Below, in pieces: positions 8,008-16,900 of a DNA stretch of 32,000 nt. The position numbers and the translations under genes were made by a program. The stretch is from an uncultured cyanobacterium (lineage in GTDB: Bacteria > Cyanobacteriota > Cyanobacteriia > Cyanobacteriales > Nostocaceae). Every line of letters begins with the position of its first letter. Position 1 is the stretch's first letter. The notes beneath the pieces are model-generated. The model saw only the letters and a program-made list of their open reading frames with translations. It was not told the origin of the DNA and made no database searches. Location of the stretch: contig CAVUDP010000001.1 in assembly GCA_963740315.1 (NCBI GenBank), positions 551,003 through 583,002 on the forward strand, read 5' to 3'.

Positions 8008-8712
8008 ATGATTCCTATTGGCGATAAAATTTTTCTTTCAAGTAATAAAAAACCGTTAGTTGTTTGGTTTTTGATTGGTATAAATATTGCTTTATTTTTA
8101 TGGGAAGTAAAATTAGAAATTAATGGCGAGCTAGCTACTTTTTTCAATAATTGGGGTGTGATTCCGGAACAATTTGGTACGGCTTTCGGTAGTGCCATAA
8201 ATGGAAATCCGGCGGCTTGGTTAATTGTTTTTTGGCGTTCGTTGTCAATCTTTTCAGGGATGTTTATTCATGGAAGTTACAGTCAAATTATCGGGAATTT
8301 GATATTTTTGTGGGTTTTTGGCAATACTTTAGAGAAGATTATTGGTAGCGGACGTTTTTTATTATTTTATCTATTTTGCGGCTTTTTGACTGGAATAGTA
8401 CAAATATTCGCCGAGCCGAGTTTATCGGTACCTTTGATTGGTGCGAATGGTGCGATCGCATCTGTTTTAGGAGCATATATTTATAAGTTTCCTAAAGTAA
8501 AAATTGACTCTATTTTACCTTTGGTAATTTTATATATCCCCGTCGAACTACCCGCTTTTTTCTATTGTTTCTGGTGGTTTGTGCAACAATTGTCTTACGG
8601 TATTGGCAGTTTAAATATTCAGGGTGGTGTCAATCCCATCGGTACAGGTTATTTAGCGCAGGGTGCTGGTTTATTTATTGGTGTCGCTTGGATGGTAATT
8701 ATGAGATTATGA
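8008..8712 (+). CDS. Rhomboid-family membrane protein lacking the catalytic dyad (predicted pseudoprotease)
   Basis: 234 aa with six predicted TM segments and the rhomboid scaffold. Compared with canonical HGGWxHLxGNMxxLWxFG / GASGAI / AHxGG, this protein has FIHGSYSQIIGNLIFLWVFG / GANGAI / AQGAGL. Confidence 0.85.
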   Translation: MIPIGDKIFLSSNKKPLVVWFLIGINIALFLWEVKLEINGELATFFNNWGVIPEQFGTAFGSAINGNPAAWLIVFWRSLSIFSGMFIHGSYSQIIGNLIFLWVFGNTLEKIIGSGRFLLFYLFCGFLTGIVQIFAEPSLSVPLIGANGAIASVLGAYIYKFPKVKIDSILPLVILYIPVELPAFFYCFWWFVQQLSYGIGSLNIQGGVNPIGTGYLAQGAGLFIGVAWMVIMRL

Positions 8713-8725
8713 TCGTATTTATTTT

Positions 8726-8764
8726 GCGATCGCTCCACTTTCTTCAACGCGATCGCCATTTTTT
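8726..8764 (+). terminator. Possible terminator formed by two HIP1 palindromes
   Basis: The GCGATCGC at 8726-8733 can pair with the GCGATCGC at 8749-8756. CATTTTTTC follows, 14 nt downstream of the rhomboid stop. Confidence 0.35.
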
Positions 8765-9186
8765 CAAATACTACTCGAAAAAAAACTTTTAATGGCAACC
8801 CTTATCTGATAAGATTATTTATATAAAGACACGTTCTAATAATGGGAATATTCGCGGTTTTTTTTAACTAGGCACAAATTTCCATTATAAAAAAAACCAT
8901 TTCTTATCTATTACTAATTATCTCACATCGCGGACATTTTTTTCTCCCTAATTAAATTTATATTTTTTTTTAAAATTACTCCCGTCTCGGTCCTGGGGAT
9001 TATCTATAAAATTTCTACCCCCTCTACCCCCTCTACCCCCTCTCCCCAACATAAAGAACCTCTACCCCCTCTCCCCCTCGCTAATCATAAAGCCGGGGAG
9101 GAAAAAGCAAGATTCTAGCAACGCTCGCTTTCTTCTATGAAACAATAGAATAAAGGTGTTATAGATTAGCTTCGTTGCTTGCAGCC

Positions 9187-10017
9187 ATGTCAGAAATTAC
9201 AGTATCTGAGGAAAGTACACCACCCCCAACACAATACGAACTTCCTTGTGATGATGGTGTACCAATGGAAACTCAACGGCATAAACTTCAGATGGATATG
9301 CTCATAGATACTCTATCACCTTGGTTGGCGATGCGAAATGATGGGTATGTGGGCGGTAATATGTTTGTGTATTTTAGTTTGGCACAAATTAGAACCCAAG
9401 ATTTCCGGGGACCCGATTTTTTTGCGGTGTTAGGAGTACCTAAAAAAGAACGACTTTCTTGGGTGGTTTGGGAAGAAGGAAAAGCTCCTGATGTGGTGAT
9501 TGAGTTGTTATCGGAAAGTACTGCCGCACGGGATAAAAATGAGAAGAAGTTGATTTATCAAAACCAAATGCGGGTACCCGAATATTTCTGGTTCGATCCT
9601 TTTAACCCGGATGATTGGGCTGGTTTTTCCATGCAACATGGAGTATATCAAACTATAGCTGTAAATACTCAAAATCAACTGGTAAGTCAATCTTTGGGTT
9701 TAGCTTTAACACGTTGGCAAGGTATTTATAAAGGTATTGAAGCAGTTTGGTTGCGTTGGGTGACAATCGAAGGTGAGTTATTACCAACTTCTGATGATAT
9801 AGCCGAGCAAGAAAAACGACGTGCCGAACTTGAAAGACGACGCGCAGAACAACAAAGACAGCTTGCCGAACAACAAAGACAGCGTGCGGAACTTGCAGAA
9901 TCTCAATTAAAACAAGTTGCTGTTAATTTATTGCAGCAAGGAATGGCGGTAGAAGAGGTAGCGAGATTAACAAATTTATCAGTTTCTCAAGTTGAAGAAT
10001 TTGGTAGAGGGGGATAA
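9187..10017 (+). CDS. Uma2-family (DUF820) restriction-endonuclease-fold protein with a C-terminal Arg/Gln-rich coiled coil and an HTH-like tail
   Basis: The pattern ...METQRH..., GGNMFVYF, PDFFAVLGV, APDVVIELLSEST..D...K...Y...VPEYFWFDP is typical of Uma2. The C-terminus is RRAELERRRAEQQRQLAEQQRQRAEL followed by GMAVEEVARLTNLSVSQVEEF. The ORF track offers an upstream TTG at 9175; the ATG at 9187 is preferred. Confidence 0.85.
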   Translation: MSEITVSEESTPPPTQYELPCDDGVPMETQRHKLQMDMLIDTLSPWLAMRNDGYVGGNMFVYFSLAQIRTQDFRGPDFFAVLGVPKKERLSWVVWEEGKAPDVVIELLSESTAARDKNEKKLIYQNQMRVPEYFWFDPFNPDDWAGFSMQHGVYQTIAVNTQNQLVSQSLGLALTRWQGIYKGIEAVWLRWVTIEGELLPTSDDIAEQEKRRAELERRRAEQQRQLAEQQRQRAELAESQLKQVAVNLLQQGMAVEEVARLTNLSVSQVEEFGRGG

Positions 10018-10019
10018 AT

Positions 10020-10499
10020 ATGGGTAAACTAATACTGCCAAATCTTCAGGGAAAACAGATGGGGCAAGTAATTGCTACTCTTACCGTTACGAATAGAATT
10101 GACCAAGTTTTGGCTGAACGAGGTTTTATTACGCCAGAAGAAGTACGAACAAGTATTTTGACTGATGTTTTAGTTGATACGGGGGCTACTTTATTGTGTT
10201 TGCCTTCTGCTGTAATTAGTCAATTAGGTTTAGTTGAAGGGGGAGAAGCAAGAGTAGATAGCGTTGGAGTTCAAAAGGGACGGATTTTTCGTGATGTTGA
10301 TTTATGTATAGAAAATCGTCAAGGTACTTTTGATTGTTTGGAGCTTACAGAAGTTTCCTTTGCTTTATTAGGTGTAACTCCAATGGAAGTTTTAGGTTTA
10401 GAACCCGATTTAAGAAATCGTAAGTTAAGAGTTTTACCAATGAATTCGGAGCAAACTTATCTTAGTCTGTTTCCTTCGCAAGTCGTACAGAGGATGTAA
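10020..10499 (+). CDS. Retropepsin-like (clan AA) aspartic protease
   Basis: 159-aa ORF with the catalytic VLVDTGATLLCLP (DTGA) motif and the size of a single-lobe retropepsin-like protease. Its ATG lies 2 nt after the Uma2 TAA (taaatATG). An internal Met at codon 14 is an alternative start. Confidence 0.75.
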   Translation: MGKLILPNLQGKQMGQVIATLTVTNRIDQVLAERGFITPEEVRTSILTDVLVDTGATLLCLPSAVISQLGLVEGGEARVDSVGVQKGRIFRDVDLCIENRQGTFDCLELTEVSFALLGVTPMEVLGLEPDLRNRKLRVLPMNSEQTYLSLFPSQVVQRM

Positions 10500-10571
10500 A
10501 CTATGATACGTTCAAGCAAATAATAGACTGCTAGAATACAACTGTATAATCTCTTACTTGTATTTTTATTT

Positions 10572-10979
10572 ATGGAACCTTTAAGTACTGCTGCGATCGC
10601 TATCGGTTCTGTAGTTGCTACCAAAGCTTTAGAAAAAACGGGCGAAAAAGTAGGCGAAGCATTATGGGATAAAACTGGTAAGTTTCTCGTCACGCTTAAA
10701 AAACATTCTCCCCATACCATTACTGCAATTGAAAAAGCACCCGTTCAACCAATTGATTACGGTAAAGCTGTAGTAGAAGTAGAATCTGCTGCTCAAGAGA
10801 ATCCCGAAGTAAATCAAGCAATGGAAGAAGTAGCAGCAGCAGCCAAGGCTGATCCAAAAGTAGCTCCCATAATAAATAACATTAACTCTGAATCACCAAC
10901 CGTTGTAAATAACACGAAGTTAGCTGAGTATATTAAAAACGTATTTCAAGGAAATACTATAATTGGTGGTAATTTTTGA
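10572..10979 (+). CDS. Small helical protein with a hydrophobic N-terminal helix, probably the detached N-terminal (effector or adaptor) module of the downstream NB-ARC-TPR gene
   Basis: 135 aa beginning MEPLSTAAIAIGSVVATKALEKTGEKVGEALW and ending in the Asn/Gly-rich NVFQGNTIIGGNF. It terminates at TGA 10977-10979, in the same reading frame as the next ORF. Confidence 0.5.
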   Translation: MEPLSTAAIAIGSVVATKALEKTGEKVGEALWDKTGKFLVTLKKHSPHTITAIEKAPVQPIDYGKAVVEVESAAQENPEVNQAMEEVAAAAKADPKVAPIINNINSESPTVVNNTKLAEYIKNVFQGNTIIGGNF

Positions 10980-11072
10980 ATCGAGTCGTCCGAACGGGAA
11001 CGGGCAAAGTTAAATCCCCCAAAATACATTCCATACAAAGGCGTTAACAACTTTGTTGGTAGAGAAGAAGAA

Positions 11073-13646
11073 ATGAAACTGCTGCATGAGAAGCTACAAC
11101 AATCAAATGCAGTGGCAATTTCTGCGATCGCTGGTATGGGGGGAGTAGGTAAAACGGAATTAGCAACACAGTATGCACGGCAACATGAAACTGATTATCC
11201 AGGAGGAATTTGCTGGTTAAATGCTAGAGATACAAATCTAGCAGCCGAGATAATCCAGTTTTATCAGTTTTATGTAAATAATCAGCGAGAGATTCCCCAA
11301 GAGTTAGGGGGAAGACAGTTAACAATATCCGAACAAGCTATTTGGTGTTGGGAAAATTGGCAGCCTTCGGAAGGACTTATATTAGTTGTTTGGGATGATG
11401 TTACGGATTTAGGTAGTTGCCAGAAACTACTACCAAAAAACAATCGTTTTCGTCTGCTGATTACTACAAGATTACGGAATCTCGACCCCAATATTGTTGA
11501 AGAAATTCCCCTAAATGTATTATCTCCAGAAAAATCTATAGAATTACTGACAGCATTGGTAGGGAAAAAGCGAGTAGAGAAGGAATTAGAAACAGCAACA
11601 GAATTATGTAAATGGTTGGGATATCTTCCATTGGGGTTAGATTTAGTCGGACGATATGTAGCAGATGACCCTGACTTATCATTGCAAGAAATGTTACAAA
11701 GCCTGAAAAAACAGCGATTGGATGACGAGGCTCTAGAACATGGTTCGGAGAGTTGGACAACAGCACAGCGAGGGGTATTAGCAGCTTTTGAATTAAGCTG
11801 GCAGAAGCTGGATGTCATGACGAAGCAGGTAGCAGAGTTATTAAGTTTATTTGCACCAGATGTGATTCCTTGGGGTTTAGTTAAATCTTCTTGTGAAAGA
11901 TTGGATTGGAGCAAGCCCGATATTAATAAAGCCAAAAAACAACTTTACAAGCATTATTTAGTACAACGTTTAGAAGATAGAGAAAGTGGCTATACAATTC
12001 ATCCCCTAATCCGTCAATTCTTGCAAGTAAAGTTAAATTTAACATCATCAGCTTCGGAGTTGAGGCAGGCTTTCGTTACAGAAATGCTGTCAGTTGCAAA
12101 AACAATTCCCAGTATTCCTATCCTTTCAGATATTGAGTCAGTAAGTGATGCTATACCCCACCTAAAAGAAGTTGCAGAAAACTTGATTGCTGTGGTGGAA
12201 GATGAAGAGTTAATCTCAGCTTTTATAGGAATCGCTAGGTTTTATAAAGGACAAGGGTTATATGCATTGGAAGAGCCTTGGAGGAAGCAGTGTATATCAA
12301 CGTTACAAGCTCACTTGGGAGAAGAACATCTTGATGTGGCTACCAGTTACAACAATCTGGCTCTCCTCTACGATTCCCAAGGAAGGTACGCAGAAGCGGA
12401 ACCTCTATATCAAAAAGCATTAGAACTATACCAACGGCTGCTGGGAGATGAACATCCCTTGGCGGCAACCAGTTACAACAATCTGGCAGGACTCTATCGT
12501 AGCCAAGGAAGGTACGCAGAAGCGGAACCCCTATATCAAAAAGCATTAGAACTATACCAACGGCTGCTGGGAGATGAACATCTTGATGTGGCAACCAGTT
12601 ACAACAATCTGGCAGGACTCTATCGTAGCCAAGGAAGGTACGCAGAAGCGGAACCCCTATATCAAAAAGCATTAGAACTATACCAACGGCTGCTGGGAGA
12701 AGAACATCCCAATGTGGCTACCAGTTACAACAATCTGGCTCTCCTCTACGATTCCCAAGGAAGGTACGCAGAAGCGGAACCTCTATATCAAAAAGCATTA
12801 GAACTATACCAACGGCTGCTGGGAGAAGAACATCCCAATGTGGCTACCAGTTACAACAATCTGGCAGAACTCTACCGTAGCCAAGGAAGGTACACCGAAG
12901 CAGAACTGCTGTATCAAAAAGCATTATCACTAAGCCAACGGATACTGGGAGAAGGCCATCCCGATGTTGCACAAAGTTTGATCAACTTGGCAGGACTCTA
13001 CGAGTCCCAAGGAAGGTACACCGAAGCAGAACCGCTATATCAAAAAGCATTATCACTAAGCCAACGGCTACTGGGAGAAGAACATCCCGAGGTGGCAAGG
13101 GGTTACAACAATCTGGCAGTACTCTATCATAGCCAAGGAAGGTACACCGAAGCAGAACTGCTGTATCAAAAAGCATTATCACTAAGCCAACGGCTGTTGG
13201 GAGAAGATCATCCCTCAGTCGCAACCAGTTACAACAATCTGGCAGGACTCTATCGTAGCCAAGGAAGGTACACCGAAGCAGAACCGCTGTATCAAAAAGC
13301 ATTATCACTAAAGCAACGGCTGCTAGGAGTTGAACATCCCTCGGTGGCAACCAGTTACAACAATCTGGCTCTTCTTTACGAATCTCAAGGACGTTACACG
13401 GAGGCCGAAACCTTGTACAAACAAGCATTAGAACTATACCAACGGCTGCTCGGTGAAGAACATCCCTCGGTGGCAACCAGTTACAACAATCTGGCAGCAC
13501 TCTACCGTAGCCAAGAGCGGTACACGGAAGCGGAACCGCTGTATCAAAAAGCTTTAGCTATTTTTGAGCAACAACTAGGAACGGAGCATCCCAATACTAT
13601 TACTGTCCGAAACAATCTTGAATACCTTCACGATAATATGAGCTAA
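11073..13646 (+). CDS. NLR-like STAND NTPase: NB-ARC domain plus about 10.5 TPR (TPR_10/12, kinesin-light-chain type) repeats
   Basis: Motifs present: Walker A GMGGVGKTELA, Walker B LILVVWDDV, RLLITTR, GYLPLGL (GLPL), and an MHD-like IHPLIRQF. The repeats follow the pattern EEHPxVATSYNNLAxLYxSQGRYxEAEPLYQKAL. The frame stays open upstream to 10980 (IESSERERAKLNPPKYIPYKGVNNFVGREEE) with no ATG, GTG or TTG. The annotated ATG therefore probably truncates an ancestral 10572..13646 gene. Confidence 0.88.
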   Translation: MKLLHEKLQQSNAVAISAIAGMGGVGKTELATQYARQHETDYPGGICWLNARDTNLAAEIIQFYQFYVNNQREIPQELGGRQLTISEQAIWCWENWQPSEGLILVVWDDVTDLGSCQKLLPKNNRFRLLITTRLRNLDPNIVEEIPLNVLSPEKSIELLTALVGKKRVEKELETATELCKWLGYLPLGLDLVGRYVADDPDLSLQEMLQSLKKQRLDDEALEHGSESWTTAQRGVLAAFELSWQKLDVMTKQVAELLSLFAPDVIPWGLVKSSCERLDWSKPDINKAKKQLYKHYLVQRLEDRESGYTIHPLIRQFLQVKLNLTSSASELRQAFVTEMLSVAKTIPSIPILSDIESVSDAIPHLKEVAENLIAVVEDEELISAFIGIARFYKGQGLYALEEPWRKQCISTLQAHLGEEHLDVATSYNNLALLYDSQGRYAEAEPLYQKALELYQRLLGDEHPLAATSYNNLAGLYRSQGRYAEAEPLYQKALELYQRLLGDEHLDVATSYNNLAGLYRSQGRYAEAEPLYQKALELYQRLLGEEHPNVATSYNNLALLYDSQGRYAEAEPLYQKALELYQRLLGEEHPNVATSYNNLAELYRSQGRYTEAELLYQKALSLSQRILGEGHPDVAQSLINLAGLYESQGRYTEAEPLYQKALSLSQRLLGEEHPEVARGYNNLAVLYHSQGRYTEAELLYQKALSLSQRLLGEDHPSVATSYNNLAGLYRSQGRYTEAEPLYQKALSLKQRLLGVEHPSVATSYNNLALLYESQGRYTEAETLYKQALELYQRLLGEEHPSVATSYNNLAALYRSQERYTEAEPLYQKALAIFEQQLGTEHPNTITVRNNLEYLHDNMS
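12321..13643 (+). repeat. Tandem array of 126-bp (42-aa) TPR-coding units, about 10.5 copies, highly homogenised
   Basis: Units start at 12321, 12447, 12573, 12699, 12825, 12951, 13077, 13203, 13329, 13455 and 13581 (partial). Unit 1 versus unit 4 differ at 3 of 126 nt, and unit 2 versus unit 3 at 6 of 126 nt. Confidence 0.95.
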
Positions 13647-13857
13647 TTGTAAGTGCTTATTTGGAGGAAAAAAAAGCGATGTGATGAATTAATGTAGTAT
13701 GATTTGCGTCCATCACTGTTCGTGACTTCTCCACAGCATCTGTTCTAGATTGTCAATTCTTGTGTCTATATATGAAAGATTACCAATCAAAACGGGGTAA
13801 ATGTATCCAAAAGTTTCAATAGAACAACACCCCCCCAAGAAAGAAACTGCTAACTGC

Positions 13858-13883
13858 AAAAAAAAACCTCTCATTGTGAGAGG
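13858..13883 (-). terminator. Rho-independent terminator of the 1062-aa repeat-protein gene
   Basis: The minus strand reads CCTCTCA-caa-TGAGAGG followed by nine T, about 40 nt downstream of the stop codon. Confidence 0.7.
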
Positions 13884-13921
13884 CTTAATAATTTAGCGAA
13901 GACAATTTGAATTGATTTAAA

Positions 13922-16900
13922 TTAATCCAAAGGTACATTACTTGCTACAGCTAAGGCTCCTGCGATCGCAGAGAATAAACCGGAGACAACTGCTGTTCCA
14001 AATAACCACCAAGCTGCTGATGCTGCTGCTTTACGGGTTTCTTCGGCTTGTTTTTGGGCTTGGTGTTTAACTTCTTCTAAGCGTCGCTGTGCTTCTTCTT
14101 GAATTCTTTCGGCTCTTCTTAATACGGTATTACGCGCATTCTCGATTTGATCGATGACTTTGTTCGCATCATGTTCGGAAATATCATCGCGAGAACTCAT
14201 CAGTGCTACATAGGTTTCCCGATTGAAAGATGATAACCTACCGCGTAATGCATCAAATCCGGCTTGGGGATCGTGAAACAGTTCGCGAACATCGCGCTTG
14301 ATGCCATCGTAGTTGAGTTCGGGACGTTCCAGCCCGTTTAAATAATTGCGGATATTGTCGAATACTCCATCTATTGTATCTTGAATCCGCCGCTCAATAC
14401 CTCTTACTTGAGCCACAAATTGCTCGCGTACTGACATGATGCTATCGGCAATTTGCTCTGCTTCCTGGTTGCTCATATCTCCGCGAATTTTCAGTAAAGC
14501 GGCGATTGTAGAACGATCGAAGTGAGAAAGGCGATCGCCTAAGCTATCGATTCCGACTCGCGGATCGTTTAACAACAGATTTAGGTCGCGCTTGATACCT
14601 TCTGGATTGAGTTCTTGTTTGCCAGTTCCCCGGAGGTATTCTTCTAAATATGTTTGGAAGCCTTGCGCTCTTTCTTGAGTACGTGTAATCATGCGTCGGG
14701 GCGCACGGATGACTTGACGAATTGAAGATTGTACCGAGTCGATGACTTGGTTAACTTCATCTTCGCTCATGTCTCGTCGCTGGCTCAGTAGTTTTACTAA
14801 GGTGTCTCTATCAACTTGCGACAATCTGCGACGTAATGCAACGGCACCTTCTTGGGGATTCTCAAACAGTTTATTAATGTCGCGTTGAATACCATCGGGA
14901 TTAAGTTCCGATTTACCAGTATTCCGTAAATAATCTGCAATTGTGGTGGTTACGTTATCGTACTCGGCTTGAGCTTTATCTACAATCTTGCCCGGTGCGT
15001 GACGAACGCTATTCCAAGAATGTTCTACGCTATCAACGGTTTCATTAATTTGGTCTTCACTCAAATCTTGGCGTTGATTGAGCAACTGTACCAAAGTATC
15101 CCGGTCAAAACGCGACAACCGCGACCGAATTGCTGACATTCCGGCTTGGGGATCTTGTAATAAAGTTTTCAACTCACCGCGAATTGCATCGGGGTTGAGT
15201 TCGCCTTTACCCGTGTTACGCAGATATGATTCTAAATTCAACCACAGGCTTTCTGCTTGATACTTGGCTTGATCTGCAAGTCCTTTGGACTCAACTAAAG
15301 CTTCGTCGCGCTGCTTTTCTAATTCATCGAGAATCGGGTCAATTTCTCCGGAGGAAATATCGTTGCGCTGTGCCAGTATCGAACGCATTTGTCCCCGTTC
15401 AAATCGAGACAAGCGCATGGCTAAGGTTTCGTAATCTGCATCTCCATCTTCCACAATCGGTTTGAAATCTTGCTTGATTCCTTCAGCATTCAAGCTTGAC
15501 TTGGGAGTTACTAACAGATAACTTTCTACCCGACGCTGCAAATCTTCAACTATTTCTTTTTCTTCATCAGCCCTTGCCTGTACCAAGACAGCTTTACGAA
15601 CCATTTCCAAGCGATCGGCGATTTGCTTGATCTCCGTTTGAGTTAGTAAACCCCGCTGTTTGAGAATGCTGACAAAATCGCTGCGATCGAGCTTTTCTAA
15701 CTCACGACGTACCGTACCGGGATCTGCTGCGGGATCGTAAATTACGTCGCGAAATTCCTGCTCAACTTTCTCGTTGCTAAGCTGCCAAGCATAGGTATTA
15801 TGCAGATAATTTTCCACATCGGCGCGAATCGTACTAAAAGACTGCGATGCTGTGGGAAGTCCTATCTTATCTGCTTGTTCGGTGGCTTTATCTTTAGCGC
15901 TGGTAATGGTGCTAAGAATTTTTTCCACATCCAAGTCGGAAAGATCGGCCCTTCCCATGACTACACCACCCAGAGTTGTCAAAGCTTGCTGTATCGTTTC
16001 CTGAACTGGACCACCGGCTGATTGTTGTGATGATTGTCCTGCATTCCCACTTTGCTTTTGGGAACGCATTTCGCTCATAGCTCGATCTAACTTAGCTTCG
16101 AGTTCATCAGTTTTGCTTTGTCCCGGTGCAACTGATTTGAGATAGCTAACCAACTCACCCAAACCGTTTCCACCGCCACCCGAACTACCTTGAGATGAGC
16201 CTACCGTCTGCTTCCAAACATCATATAAAGTATCGGCAATGCGTTTAACTTCTTTTTTGGAAAGGTCAGTACGACTGCTAACTAATTCTACAAACTTTTG
16301 TTTATCAATATTACGCAGTTCTGCCGCACCTGCAACCGACTGAAGTGATGCATCTGAAAGTAGATTTTCAAATTCTTTACGTATAGACTGCACGTCCAAT
16401 TCTTTAGGACGTACCGTATCCAAGTAATCTTCTAAATTTTCCTTGATGCTTTCGGGATCGATCGCATTACCGATTTCGTTACGTACAGCCGAGGCTGCGG
16501 CTTCTGCTGTGGCTACAACTTGTCTGTTGACGGCTTTTGCTCCTAAAGCAGCGGTAGCCGTTCCCATAATTGTCTGCAATCCAGAAGTTGCCGCGTTAAC
16601 AACATTACCAATTAAAGAACCTACCGTTGTCGAACTTACCCACACCAGCAGACAAAAGTACGCTGCCCAAATTACCAAACCTAAAATCGCGCCCACGCCT
16701 AAATCTAAAGACAGCAAGCTGAGTTTTACCGCTAGGAAACAAGCAACAAAAAGGGAAAGTGTGACTGAAATCAGCGTACCTAAGCCGACAGCAGTACCAA
16801 TTTTACTAATCGTACTACCTAAACTTTCACTATCGTCATTATTATGACTTGAACTTGAACCCGAATCCGAATTGGATGAGCTACCCAAAAAAGAGATACC

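Noticed and set aside
10890-10976. The Asn/Gln/Gly-rich C-terminus (NTKLAEYIKNVFQGNTIIGGNF) as a bacterial amyloid signalling motif (BASS-type) shared between an effector and an NLR
   Set aside because: That mechanism requires a matching motif at the N-terminus of the NLR partner. Here the sequence after the stop runs straight into the pre-P-loop segment with no second copy. A single interrupted gene is the simpler reading.
10977-10979. The in-frame TGA as selenocysteine or programmed readthrough
   Set aside because: No obvious stem-loop of SECIS type lies immediately downstream, and I have no evidence for Sec machinery. This cannot be excluded from the sequence alone, so it is kept only as a caveat within the main finding.
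11282-13500. Minus-strand ORFs 11282..11935, 11536..11766, 12340..12672 and 12982..13500, antisense to the NB-ARC/TPR gene
   Set aside because: They lie entirely within a strongly supported plus-strand gene. Their translations are low-complexity and themselves periodic (..LPDCCNWLP.. repeated) because they mirror the 126-bp repeat. They contain no motifs.
15078-16847. Plus-strand ORFs 15078..15260, 15226..15465, 15800..16021 and 16443..16847, plus the minus-strand alternate-frame ORF 16881..17063
   Set aside because: All are embedded in or antisense to the 1062-aa repeat-protein gene. They are short, unconvincing by composition, and lack start context.
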